A stretch of 64,000 nt of DNA, taken from positions 6,510,001 to 6,574,000 of the forward strand of contig CM102289.1 of assembly GCA_046563655.1 (NCBI GenBank). Direction: 5' to 3'. The notes beneath the pieces were generated by a model. It was not told the DNA's origin and made no database searches. It saw only the letters and a list, made by a program, of their open reading frames with translations. The stretch's first letter is position 1. The number at the start of each line of letters is the position of its first letter. The translations under genes were made by a program, and so were the position numbers. This document shows positions 26,724 to 39,388 of the stretch, in pieces. This stretch comes from Yuukianura sp. NJ FZ-2021. Taxonomy: Eukaryota.

Positions 26724-29494
26724 TTATTCGTATTTGGGCTGGAACACACCAGCAGAATTTGTTTGAGGGTCCGTTGGCCATTGGTTGAACGGATTGGTGG
26801 AAACGGTTGACGTCGAGTTGTAACCTGTAGGTGGCGCTGACGGCTGAAAACATAGTATTTTACAATTTAAATAACCCGCGTGTTATGAATTTCAAACACA
26901 GTGTTGGGAAATTTTACTTCAGTTAACGCTGTCGTTTCAACGTTTTTCTCTACAGGTGGCGCTGATGACGGGTCTTGGTAATACTCCGGCGGTGGTTCTG
27001 CCCAAGGCTGTGACAAAAGTAATTCAATTATGAAACGAAATCAATCCAGAAAAGCACTTTCGATTACTTCGATTACTTGTGAACTACGCCGATTATATCC
27101 ACTTACTTGTAATTCACCGGATGCATAAAACCAATAGAAAATTACACCGCAGATGTGAATGAAGGCCGCAAGAAGGAAGACTTTCTCCCATTCCTCATGC
27201 CAACGTGTCTACGAAAACGTGATTTCAAAAAAGTTCATATAATTTATTTCAGTTTAAATTCTGTTTCTGTATATTTTTCTGAAAAACTGCACCTTGTCTT
27301 TTGTAATCCATTGAACAACATTCGGACCAATCCATCCAGACAACGTCCCCACCGCGTTTGATATTCCCATCAAAATTCCAGCATAACGTGGAGCGATATC
27401 CAAATGATTCACATTGAAACCTGAAAATCAAAATTTTTAGCACGGGTGACGTCAAAATTAATTCATTTAAACAACTACATTTTTCTATTTACAAATGTTA
27501 AATTTTAAACCTGAAATGGCAAACCCGGAGACGCCAACTGCCAAAGTAAGAAACAGTACGGCAAATCCCGCATTATTTTTTGACACAGCGACAAGAATCA
27601 GGAAAAACGCCTCCATTCCAAATCCACCGCAGTTGAACACTTTCCGAACTTGTGTTGTTGTCATAATGTTGTTTCGACGGAGGTAATCAGCAAGAATTCC
27701 GCCAATGGGAACGATAATTGTCATCAAGAGATGAGGCAGGGCACCTATTGTTCCTCCCTTCAAATTTTTGAAAATTCAGAATTTGGAAGTCAAAGAATAT
27801 TTGTGCTACAGTGAATTGGGCTTACTTCTGCCACAGTGAATTCGAATTCTTCTGCGAAATACGTCGCTTGCGAGTTGAGTAGCAAGTAGAAAGTCCAAGA
27901 GCGACAAAAGTTGGCCACAATGATGGCATACACAGGTTTCGATCGAAAAATTTGCCCCCAGGGGGTTGTCCAAAAATTTGGAACTGAACTGGATACAGGT
28001 CCAATTGCCTTCTCAATGTAGTGCAGTTCCTGAGCCGTAATAGTTGGATGTTTTGCTGGTTTCTCAAACGCCAGCCACAACCACACGAAATACCAAACGA
28101 TGCCGGCAATTCCTAAAAACAAAAATTTTTGAAAATTAAAATAAATGCAGACTCAGATGGAATTCAAGATTGAATTTTTTTGAAACATAGGTGCATCACC
28201 ATAAAAGTAAAACGGTGCACGCCAACTGATGCCACCGACGAGCCACCCCGACACGGGAAATCCCACTACGGCCCCACCGTAGGATCCGCAAAATGCCAAC
28301 GTAGCCAGCCGAGATCTTTCCAGTGGCGGCGCCCACCATCTCCAAATTCCATGGCAGGCTGGATATGTAACGCCCTACAAGTAAATTGCAAACCATGTAA
28401 GCTTTTCAAAAAAAAATTGGAGGCTATTTTTTTTAAAGAAAAATACCTCAACGAGCCCTTGCAAAATCCTGACAACGAGAAGTACTCCCCAACCGCCTTG
28501 GGCTGCTGCTGGAACTGCCAAGTTCAAAACAGCAGAACCAAAAATGGCAGTACCGAAAATCCTATTTTGTAAATACTCAATCAATCCCCAAATTTTTACC
28601 AATTTGCCAGAAACACTTTACCGGTTTGCTGGATATCTTGCAGCTAGTAGTCCTCCAGGAACTTGAGTCACAAAGTATCCAACAAAATATGATGATGTCA
28701 CCAGCCCTCGAATCCAAGTATCCCAGGTAAACAATGGTTTCTTAAAAAAAAGAAATACAACGCAAAGATGAACTATTGCACACAAAATTCGTTTTTGAAA
28801 TAAAAACTTGCTGCTCACTTTTGTTACCGGATCAGGTTTAATCATTTCCACAATGGCAACTCCAAGATTACAGCGTATACCAAAGGATATTAAGAAACCT
28901 GTTGCATAAAACAACAACAAATATTTAATTTTTTTAATACAACTTTTTCTTCAATTTTGAAAATTGGATTTACCGATGCTTGCCAGAATGGCAACAGTGT
29001 ATCGCTTGCTTAAATCTGGACAACATGGACACTCCGGTCGGATGTACTTGTCAATATGACGTAGTGGCGGACGTTCGATTGTTGGTGAATCTATAGACTG
29101 CCACTCATCCTCTCCACCAAGAGATGGCCTTCAATACACAACAAAATTTTGAAAAAACTAAAAAGTCGAAATACATGTAGAGCTACGATCAAACACCAAC
29201 TGAAACAAGCAAACTTTTTCAGGATAACTAAGGAAAAAAAGTCAAAGTTGACAAAGAGAAAACTTACTTTCCACTTCGTTGAGGCTTTTCACTGATATTA
29301 AATTCCTCATATTGTACATTGCTAGTTCAGGAAAAACAAAATAGAAAAGATTACACGTAAACTATAAAAATGCACTTAAATTTTATAACTTTTCTTTCAT
29401 TAATGTTACGATTTGATTTTCAGTTTTTATTTGATTACCTTGCTAAGATTCCGGATGTTTTATCCTTGATGATGTTGGTTAAATTTGCTACCAT
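26724..29494 (-). CDS. VGlut: Vesicular glutamate transporter (SLC17A6/7/8-like) copy A, full length
   Basis: N-terminal [25 protein letters not shown] segment typical of arthropod VGlut. [51 protein letters not shown]. Last exon PSAPPTGY…QPKYE*. Confidence 0.88.
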
Positions 29495-30676
29495 TTTTAC
29501 TCCTCCCTTCGAAAAAATTGTTAGACTATTAATTTTATACCTCATTTTGCTACAAAATCCTGCTTAAAATAGCTGAAGTTCAATATAAGTGAACACTATG
29601 ATGCATAGTAAAGCATTTACCTGGCTGTAGAGTGTTGGCAAGCAATCGGGACGTGAACAGATCAGTGAAAACTGACAAAGGAAAAGAAATCAGGTGAACG
29701 TGGGCGTGAAAACTTGTGTTTAAATTGCCAAAAATTTATTAGCAAATTATGTTGTTGAAATTGATATTTTCTTGTGATACGATAGTGTTGTGAAGGAGAA
29801 ACTGTGCTTAATTTAATTTTAACTGTGGTCTAAAACTCTATTAAACTAAAATTAGGACTGTAGGGTGTGGGAAGTGCCAGACTCCTCTGCAAAGACCAGG
29901 GCGGAAGTGAAAGTCCTACGGAAGATTTCGGGTGAAAGCAGAGGAACTGGGCGGATTCATCATCTGTCAAATGCAGGGATTCTGATAATCATTTTTGTTA
30001 TACGCATGCGTGAACTACATTTTTGATCCCACCTAAGGTGGTCTTATTATATCGATCTTCATTTTCACTTTCCCCTATAGTGGTTTACTGTGTAAACGCC
30101 TTTCCAGCAAATTATGTAATCTAAACGCGTATTTAATTTTCCCCAAAGTCCTATCTAAGTCATCTGCAAAATTGGGGTGAAGTGTATTAAAATTAAAAAT
30201 TTCTGAATTAAAATTTCCACCAGAAAACAAAGTCGTGAATTAAATGCAAGTCCACTTTTATAGAATGAAGAAATTGAAATTCAAAATAGGGCGTCATAAT
30301 TTGTTAGACAAAACCCTAAATACATTTGGGATAGGCAACAAATGTCAAAAAAAAACACAAAAGCCATTTTTTTTAATTATTCGAAGCGTATTTCGAATTT
30401 CAATTTCATTTTTGCGGAAAACCACATGCTGTTAACTCGATTTAGAGTTTCTGGAAAAAACAGACTTAATATGTCAAACATCTATGACTTAAGAAAAATT
30501 TTCATGGAACGCCAAAAATAAGCATACGCAAATTAACGTTAACTAATAACAATTAACTAAACAAGGCTAGCTTTAATTAACGTACTGGATATAAACACAG
30601 TCTGCAGACGCTTCGGCAGCAATTCTTATTTCAGAATTCCAGTCTTTTTTGATTATCAAAAAAAATTTTTGAAAAC

Positions 30677-31336
30677 ATGAACGTTTCAGTTTTATTTTTT
30701 GTAGCCCTAGGTTTGATTGTGTGTTCAAGCGACGTTGTATCTGGAGGTGCCACTGGTGTCGGTGGAACTGAAGTTCAAGTCATTCCAAACACCAATTTGC
30801 TGACAGGCGTCTACTATAGAATCGGACTGCCAGATCATGACTTTTCCGTTTTGACTTGGGCCGACATCAACGTACAGGGATCGTCTACCGCCAAGTATAT
30901 TCAAATGGATGACCATGTTGACCGGACACACCGGTACGTCCAAGGTGGAAACTGGTATAGAGATGGGCTATGGTTCTTCAGACCTACAGACAAACCTGGG
31001 TTTTACGAACTTCGCTGTGGCGGTAATGCAAACGTGATGATGGTAGCAAGTTCGGAAAAAATTTCGGCCGAACCGTCCACCGCTCCTCCGGATCACTACT
31101 TGACTTATTCCCGAACTAATGGATCAGACAATGAAAAGTGGGAGGTCATACCGGGTCCGGGAGGTCAAACGTTTCGGTTGAGAAACTACGGTATGGATGG
31201 GTTTGCCGTGACGACACACCGATTCGGATCGTTCTACCGATGGGTTAAGGTCAAACAGCAGACGGGTGAAGGAAGGTCAAATTCATGTGGATTTGAAACA
31301 TCAAGATTTACCTTCAAAGCAGTAAAGGCCTTCTGA
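30677..31336 (+). CDS. Intronless secreted protein, family member 1 (possible beta-trefoil/ricin-B-like fold)
   Basis: 219-aa ORF with signal peptide; TATAAA at 30590. Repeated W-x-hydrophobic…G-x-Y/F-x-L/I-R/H units (LWFFRPTDKPGFYELR; KWEVIPGPGGQTFRLRN). Fold is inferred. Confidence 0.8.
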   Translation: MNVSVLFFVALGLIVCSSDVVSGGATGVGGTEVQVIPNTNLLTGVYYRIGLPDHDFSVLTWADINVQGSSTAKYIQMDDHVDRTHRYVQGGNWYRDGLWFFRPTDKPGFYELRCGGNANVMMVASSEKISAEPSTAPPDHYLTYSRTNGSDNEKWEVIPGPGGQTFRLRNYGMDGFAVTTHRFGSFYRWVKVKQQTGEGRSNSCGFETSRFTFKAVKAF

Positions 31337-31655
31337 GCGTAGGTTTTAAAGCCGTTTTTTCGACGATTCATAATTTCATTTTTCAAAAAATAAAATTTCA
31401 CAGTTTGCCGTTCGAATTGCTAACATCTCAAGTGTTAGTATAATAATGTTAAAAAATTAGAAAATTTTAATCAGAAGGTAATGAACATTAATTTAAAATA
31501 AATGGCAGTTTTTGTAATCCAGAATTTTCAAGCGCTGTTTTTAGATTGTATCCACGGACTAATTGCTTCTTAAGTGTAATTTAATAGTTAAAAATTTGTT
31601 ATAAAAAGGTAATTTACAAAAAGCCTTTCATCAAAACAACCTCATTTTTTTGAAA

Positions 31656-32339
31656 ATGGATTTCAAGATTATCTTTGCGTTGTCCGTGGTTGTAATTGCC
31701 ATTGGCAGTTCTTCTCTCGCAACTGCAGATGCAACGGGTGCTGGCGATGCAGAAATTAAAGTCATCGAGCAAACAAATCTGCTGACCGGCGTCTACTACC
31801 GAATCACGTTACCGCACTACCTATTTGCCTATTTGACCTGGGCTGACAGGATGGTTAACGGCTTGAACGATGGCTTCCTTTTGCAGATGGACGACCATGA
31901 GTACAGGGCAGCCAAGTATGTTCAAGGAGGAGAATGGTACCAAGACGCCCTCTGGTACATTACTTCCACAGATATGGCCGGATTCTACAAAATTCACAAC
32001 GGAGCTGACAAACATCGAGTAATTGCAGTGACTACCGAGCCACTGACTCCACCGGACCAAGCTCCAACGGACTACTACTTGACCTCAATCATAGACTGTC
32101 CTACGAACAACACGTACTGGGAAATTGTACCAACAGGAGACCTGGACACTTATGAACTTCGGAATTATGGACTTCAAGGACTCGCTGCGACTGCGCTCCG
32201 ATTTGGAGATTTTTATCGTTGGATTCGTCTGAAACAACAAGCAGAGGATGGACGACGCGTCAGTTTCGACGAAACAGCTTCTACTCACTTCAGATTCAAA
32301 GCCGTTGCTGTATCTTTGGGAGATCAGCAACAGGATTAA
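31656..32339 (+). CDS. Intronless secreted protein, family member 2
   Basis: ATG at 31656, signal peptide, TATAAAA at 31600. Clear paralog of members 1 and 3 (NLLTGVYYRI, QMDDH, RFGDFYRW). Confidence 0.82.
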   Translation: MDFKIIFALSVVVIAIGSSSLATADATGAGDAEIKVIEQTNLLTGVYYRITLPHYLFAYLTWADRMVNGLNDGFLLQMDDHEYRAAKYVQGGEWYQDALWYITSTDMAGFYKIHNGADKHRVIAVTTEPLTPPDQAPTDYYLTSIIDCPTNNTYWEIVPTGDLDTYELRNYGLQGLAATALRFGDFYRWIRLKQQAEDGRRVSFDETASTHFRFKAVAVSLGDQQQD

Positions 32340-32724
32340 ATAAGCACAACGGCCCATAAACGATTCCGAACTGGCACCATATATTTTAAAATTTCATTTT
32401 CAAAATTTGAAAGTGATTTTTATAATTTGGAACATTGGAGTGTGTAAAATTGCAAAATTTTAAATTAAAGCTTATCGATTTATTTCTGCAACACATTTTG
32501 GAATTGCCTAAGATTTTTGCATTCTAATAAATCCAAACCATTTCTGTAAAAAAAAAAAAGGTCAAGGTCACGCAGTTGTTTTTCTCTGGTATTACTTTCC
32601 AATTTGACGTTCAAAATAAGTTGATATCACGCCATTTGCTTGATACAAATAAAAATGAGAAAGAAGTTGAGCATATTTTATCTGCCAAATTGAATGTGAT
32701 TGACCTTCAAAACAAAAAATGATC

Positions 32725-33095
32725 ACTAATATAGCATACGTACTTGTAAGCTAACTTTAAAACCAACAGCAATTAACTAAAAATGAAAATAAGCTTAAAT
32801 AAGGTAACTTTATGTTACAAAAATTCCAGATCTTTTAACAACTATTCTTATTTTAGAACTGTCCCTTTCCTTCGGAGATAAAGAAATGTTCGTCTTGAAA
32901 ATAAAATTTTAGCTTTTGAAAAATTCAGTTTTCTTGTTTGTTTCTTGTCAGGAGCTGGAATCAGGGGCGCTGAAATTCAAAGTAATTTCAATTTTCCAAA
33001 AACAGAATTGTCCAAAACAGAAACGTCGGTGTATTAATAATCAAATTCTTGTGTATCCGAAGTGACTCGATGCACATATTACGGAGTGTGTCTCT
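32725..33095 (+). pseudogene. Decayed 5' relic of a member-1-like gene and its promoter
   Basis: AGCATACG…CAATTAACTAAA…ATTCTTATTTTAGAA resembles 30520-30640. GGAGCTGGAATCAGGGGCGCTGAAATTCAA (GAGIRGAEIQ) resembles GATGVGGTEVQ. No intact frame. Confidence 0.45.
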
Positions 33096-33101
33096 AATTT
33101 A

Positions 33102-33298
33102 CAGGGTTGCAAAAAATATATACTAAAAACCAGCGAAATATTTAAATAAATGCAATATTTACTGAAAAAGCTGGAAATATTTACTAGCTTAACATTACGG
33201 GCAGGGGGAAATAAATAAATATTTCGTAACAAAAATGCTCGAAATATTGATTTTGTTAACATTACAGGCATGGGAAGTAAATATTTTTTGCAACCCTG
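33102..33298. mobile_element. hAT-type MITE (197 bp)
   Basis: Perfect 18-bp TIRs CAGGGTTGCAAAAAATAT and an exact 8-bp TSD CTAATTTA (33094-33101 and 33299-33306). Confidence 0.92.
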
Positions 33299-33602
33299 CT
33301 AATTTAACACGTTTTTCTCTAAAAAATGAAATTGTCCAAAAAAGATTTCTATGTTTCAAATTTCTATTTCTAATTACCACACGTACGCTCCAATGTCATA
33401 AAAATTTATCAATTTGAAATCAGAAAGTAATGCGTATAATATAAAATAAATGACGTTTTTCTCATTTCAAAATTTAAACGCATTTTACATTAAGATAAAG
33501 CACTAATTGCTTCTTAAGTTTAAGTCAATAGTTTTAAAAAATCGGTATAAAAAGCGACTTTAAAAAAAATTAACCAAACAGCTCTTTATTTCTTTTCAAA
33601 AA

Positions 33603-34271
33603 ATGGATATCGTTCTTGCTTTGTCCGTCGGTGTCATTGCCCTTGGCAATTGTCACCTTGCATCCGCCGGTGCAACTGGTGCGTCAGGCACTGAAATCAA
33701 AGTAATTGAGCAGTCGAATCTGCTTACGGGAGTATACTACCGAATCAGCCTACCATACTACGCGTTTTCTTATTTGAGCTGGGCTGACAAAATGGTTGAC
33801 GGCATGAGCGACGCTTTCTTTATTCAAATGGACGACCACGAGTACCGAGCTTCCAAGTATGTTCCAGGCGGAAACTGGTACAAAGACGCCCTGTGGTACT
33901 TTACTCCCACCGATACTGCCGGATTCTACAAAATCCATAATGGAGCTGACAAAAGCCGAGTAATTGCTGTAACTACTGAACGAGTTTCACCACCAGATGA
34001 CGCTCCACTTGACTACTACTTGGCTTCAATCAAAGACTGTCAGACGAACAACACCTACTGGGAAATTGTACCAACATCTAATTTTGATACGTACGAACTT
34101 CGAAACTTGGGAATGCAAGGACTCGCTGCAACTGCGCTCCGATTTGGAGATTTTTACCGCTGGGTTCGTCTTGAACAACAAGCGGATGATGGACGGCGTG
34201 TCAATTTTGATGAAACGGCTACTACGCACTTCAGAATCAAAGCTGCTGCGGTAACTTTGCGTGATCAATAG
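33603..34271 (+). CDS. Intronless secreted protein, family member 3 (closest to member 2)
   Basis: 222-aa ORF, signal peptide, TATAAAA at 33546; upstream region homologous to that of member 2. Confidence 0.82.
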   Translation: MDIVLALSVGVIALGNCHLASAGATGASGTEIKVIEQSNLLTGVYYRISLPYYAFSYLSWADKMVDGMSDAFFIQMDDHEYRASKYVPGGNWYKDALWYFTPTDTAGFYKIHNGADKSRVIAVTTERVSPPDDAPLDYYLASIKDCQTNNTYWEIVPTSNFDTYELRNLGMQGLAATALRFGDFYRWVRLEQQADDGRRVNFDETATTHFRIKAAAVTLRDQ

Positions 34272-36357
34272 GACTAAACTACAACTGACCATAAAATTTC
34301 TTGGACAACGAGGCATGGACTTTGGATATAAATAAAATCGTGATGAAATTAAACTTCATAATTTTTCTTGGTTTGAAACAATTGGGTTTGAGTATTTCAA
34401 AATTTTGAATAAAAAAAATAGCGCAGCATTAGTATATTCTTTTTTTTAAATTTAAGCGAATGTTGGAAGCTTTTAATGTCTTTACATAGTTTGCAAAAAA
34501 TTAAAAACTATGTGGATAATTGTTGTAAATAGACCTGTAGCTGCGTCTGCGCAGAAATTTTGTGTCAGTATTGTTCTTCTATTTGAAGCCAAATATGGCA
34601 AGACTTTTTTTTGGTGGATTATGAACTTGTGTTGCAAAGTTGTGAGTTAAAGAGTCTCTCTAAAAAGAGAAAGTTTGTTTTCTCAATGTGGTCATTTCCC
34701 TTCCGCCGTAATTTCAATTTCTTGTCTTCCATCGATTATGCCATTTCTCAAAGTGACTCTCCCTTGGCTCAAATGATTACGTATTTACGCAGAAGGTACA
34801 AAAGAACAATAAGACATAAAAGGACATGAGAGAGTCTATGCCATAAATCAGTGCATGACCAATGGGAACAAGAACTTGAAGACGTACTGTCTCATTTGTA
34901 CTTGGCCCATTACATCAGAAACGTGTTTTCATTAGGAATTGGCACGTTTTAGGTTTTTAGAAAACGTAAATCAAAACCAGGAAGTCAAAAATATGGATTC
35001 CTAACCTATAGCCTTCACAAAATAATTTTCCTTTCGTCAATTTTTTTTTGTTAAAAAGCAAAATTGTGAAAATATTGTTTTTTCAATTTGGGGCATGGCC
35101 TCTTTAGAAATTTCGTCCTTGACCGCAGTTCCAGGTATGAAACGAGAACAAATGATTTACAATGGCTCACTTTTTCTGTCGAAATTTCGAGACCATTTCT
35201 GAGAATTCATTTCCAAAAAGGACAAGGTAATGAAAATGTATCACTTGTTGTGCAATTGCACAATTGGAATTGCATATGAGTGTGTGCATTTTTATGAGGG
35301 CGGCAAATGAACAATTTCATGTGAAATTGAAAGGAAGTTTAAGCAAGTGATGAACAGGATGAAGGGAGAATTTGTTCACTATGTCAATTGTTTAGTGCTT
35401 GAATACATGAATATGCACAAGTTACAAAGGTACTTACTGTAGGATTGTTAATGCAAGGATGACCTACTTTTTCACTTTCAATACACCCTAGGTACCGGTT
35501 TCCCTTAAGTGCTCCTGCTCATGCTCTTTCAAAAAAAGTTTCCAAGATCGAAGCATTCCTATCCCAAGGGACCCCTCCCTTGGCTCCAACCTTTTGTTTG
35601 TCAAATATCTTTGTAGCTTTTTTCAAAATTTTGTAACTTTTTTGGGTCATGGTTGTAACATTTTCCAAGTAAAAAGTTAGGGTAAGTCCAATATAACCTA
35701 AGGGGTGAGTCAGAAGTGTACTGAGAGTCTTCCAGAACTTTTGTGTAAAGAATTTACTTGTTGGTAGTGGGGGTATTTGGGGATCCCTTAAGTGGCTGAT
35801 AATTGAATAGGAAGTAATTGATGGAAGTGGTGGGATGAGGTGAGGGAGCAGGTTAATTTTGCCATGAGATCCACAGTAAATAAAGTCCTGAGAGGCTCAA
35901 GTCTTGTCGAGTTAGAAAGTGGCCGTTCAAAATTTTGATGCCATTAACAATAACATTTTCACTCTTCATACACCCTCCTTGTCATCCATCGACTTATACA
36001 CAGGAAATTAGTTTCATTTTCATTCACATTCAGAAACATTAATTACAATCCAATTTTAATTAGAAAAGTTTCCACTTTGGGCGTGGTGTGTGAATTTAAA
36101 AATTTTGGACTTTTACGCAAGGACGAAGCAAACGGAATATTAATTCTGGTAATCAAAATTACAGATAAGTTTAGAATTATTGTAGAAAAAGTTTGAGAGA
36201 TTTTGATTTATAGCTTCAGTTTTTTTTCGTTTAAAAGCTGTGCATTTCCCATTTCCCCAAAATCGTTTTAGAAAGAAATTTATTCGCTCCTAATTTTGTT
36301 TGTCTGTTTGATTTTTTTTAGTTCTCATGCAGTGAGTCCAGTGGAATTGACAGGAAG

Positions 36358-38390
36358 ATGAAATTCTTCGTTTTAGTGATCAGTATTAGCAGCTTGTTTT
36401 TTCAAATTGAAGTTAATTGTTTGCCAAGGACGACCAAGACCGTGCCAAAGTCGCTCAAAATTTTCGGCGTTCCACCTGCCACGCCAGATTCAAATGAATC
36501 CACCGAATTTTCGCGCTACATGAGAGACATTTTAAACGAAGATAGAGTAAGTTTTTCTCAAATTCGAAACTTTGCAGTTTAAAATTTGCAAAGGCCGGTT
36601 TTTGGTGCTGGATACTTTGCTTTTTTCAATTAAAAGTTTTGGCAGAAGTACAATTGCCTCGGGGTTTTTATATTTTTGTGTCAGTGGGCTTTTAGTGAGA
36701 AGAAACTAATTTTGCAATTTACAACTTTTGAACTATGCTAATTTTAATTTCCTAAAAAATGCAACATCGCTTTATTTGGAATTCTTGGCAAAGATAACCA
36801 TTAACCAAGCTTCGGAATGCCATTTCTTTGTAAATTGAAATGCAGGAAGTGGTGGCGGAACCAAATTCAAATCGGCCCGGAAAAGACCCACGACAATTTC
36901 ATCATGTATTCAATTTGCAGTTCAGTGGTCTAGCTGAGTTGCTGAGACGTCCGGCTGATGATCGCTGTACAAGTTGCAGTAAGTTGAGATTTAGAAGAAA
37001 AGAACGCTGCAAGCGTAAATACTCTTAAATATTTTGAATTTGCAGCTTGTGGCGCAAGTCATCGAGAAGAAAGAATCGTTGGCGGGAGAATAGCTGAAGT
37101 AAACTCGTATCCTTGGTTGGCCGCTCTCCAGTATCGACAAAAATTTTATTGTGGCGGTGCCTTGATTAGTAACAGGTAATACAAAAACTGCACTTTTTTT
37201 TTGAATTTTGAAATTTTGCTTGAAAAAACTATCATTGCTGGCGTAGATACATTTTGACTGCAGCGCACTGTATCCATGGAGTGCCTAAAGACCAAATTAC
37301 AATTGTGTTGGGAGAGCATGATCGAAATAACACGGAAGAATCACAAGTTCAGTACAGGAAAATAGCGTCATTTGAACGACATCCGGAGTTTCAACGTGCA
37401 ACATTTAATAACGACATTGCAGTATTACGAATGGATAAACCAATCAAATTCAACCGTTACGTATCTCCTGCATGCTTACCAATTGAATACGGTAACAACA
37501 AATTTTCCTTCAAATATTTTATGATTGATGTTTTTTAAAATGTCTCGAATTCCCTTAAATCCAAACTTTATTTTTAGAGGAAGAAGACTTTGATGGTGAA
37601 GTGGGAATGGTTGCAGGGTAATATTTTAGTATTTTTTATATTTAAAAAATTTACCAACTTTTTCAAAAAATTTTGGAATTCCAATTTTTAGTTGGGGACG
37701 AACGGAGGAGAAGGGGAAACCATCTACAATTTTACGCGAAGTCCCTGTTCCAATCATGACCAATGAGGTCTGGAAAAAAATTCAATTCTTTTGTTTAAAT
37801 TTTGTCTGCTACATTTTGAAAAGCATGCCTTCTAATTTTTAGGAGTGTACAAAAACAAAATATACAGTGAGAGAAATCACAAGTAAGAACACAACTTGCT
37901 CGGAAGAGAGATAAATGCTTTAACAAATCTTTGAAATCTCAAATGCAAAAATTTTTTTGAATTACAAATTAGAAATTTTGTAAACATGGCGAATGTTGTT
38001 CTAGGTACCATGATGTGTGCTGGCTATGAGCATGGAAAACTAGACGCATGTCAAGGAGACAGTGGTAATGTTTCGTTGGCCTTTGACCTTTGACCATGTT
38101 TTGCTTTTATATGTTTATATTCCCAAATACTTTATAGGTGGACCACTAAATTGGGAACCCAACGACAGCAAAGATATCAAGTACGTAATTGGAATTGTGT
38201 CATGGGGTCAAGGTTGTGCCAGAATTGGATACCCAGGTAAACAAACTTCTACTTTTGAATTCTAAGAAATGCTATCACTTACTTTCCAATTTCAAAATTT
38301 ATTTCTGTAGGCGTGTACACAAGGATTACAAAGTACTTGGAATGGATTCGACTCAAAACATTGGATTCTTGTTTCTGCTCTATTCCCTAA
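36358..38390 (+). CDS. Trypsin-like serine protease (S1A) with signal peptide and pro-region
   Basis: CG…EER|IVGG activation site, TAAHC, NDIAVL, DACQGDS|GGP, GIVSWGQGC, GVYTR; multi-exon. Confidence 0.92.
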
Positions 38391-39388
38391 ACAGCCTGAA
38401 CTTTTTGATCCAGTATGAAAATACCGATGTTTGTGATTTTGTTTTGTTTAAAAAGAAGTTTTTAATCAACTTAAAACGTTTGAAACCTTTGTACCACATG
38501 ATCTCACGGTGTAAGGAAACTCTAGGTTAAAAGTTTTCAAAACGGAGCCTTTGTTTCAAATTTCTCTTCTAAAATTTCTTCTGAAATCAACTAAAAACTA
38601 GTCATTTTCGGAACAAGCCAGAGGGCCTGTATTACTTTTGATTTCGGTTCTATGTGTTTTCAAAGTTTAAATTTTGGTATGCTGTCTTATCATTAACTGT
38701 CAACCGACATCAGTTTCAGTAGAATAAAAACCTACGTGCTGGCTATAAAATTTTTAAGATTCGTTTGAAAATTGTTGAAAACGGAATCTGGTGATTGATG
38801 ATTAATTTGATTTAACAAAAAGAAAGGAAGCGCTAAAATTTAAATTGCTTTGTTCGGAATCTTTGTTTTTGAATTAGCTTCCACTATGTGCAAATCATTT
38901 TAATTTGTCACTAGGTTGGGGTAATTTTTTGTGTTTTGCTAGTACAGCTAGTACTAGGTTTAGTCTAGAGATTTCCAAAGTTAGAAAAAAAAGGTTGGAC
39001 GAACAATATGCAACGAGAATGCAATTTTCAAAAATATTTTAACTCTGCTTATTGTTGCACCGTATTTGGTTGCGTCGCATGTGCAGTCCCCATTAGAGGT
39101 TATTTACTTTGACGCAGCTTTCCACTTCGCCAAAATTCCATTTTGGGAAAATTTCTTTTAAAAAGGTAGTAAAAAAAAAATAAAAGATGTGTTGTAAAAA
39201 TTGTTCTCAAAAAGTCGTCCAATTTCGGTCAATTTGACGTTTGGTGTCAATTTCACCTTCTTTTTTTCTTTTGTCTTATTACAGAAATAGTGTGATCTAG
39301 ATATTATCTAGTCCATTAAAAAAAATTCGAAACCAAACTCGTCTTTGATACACGGTAGGCACTCCGAATTTTTAAATACTTTTTCAAA

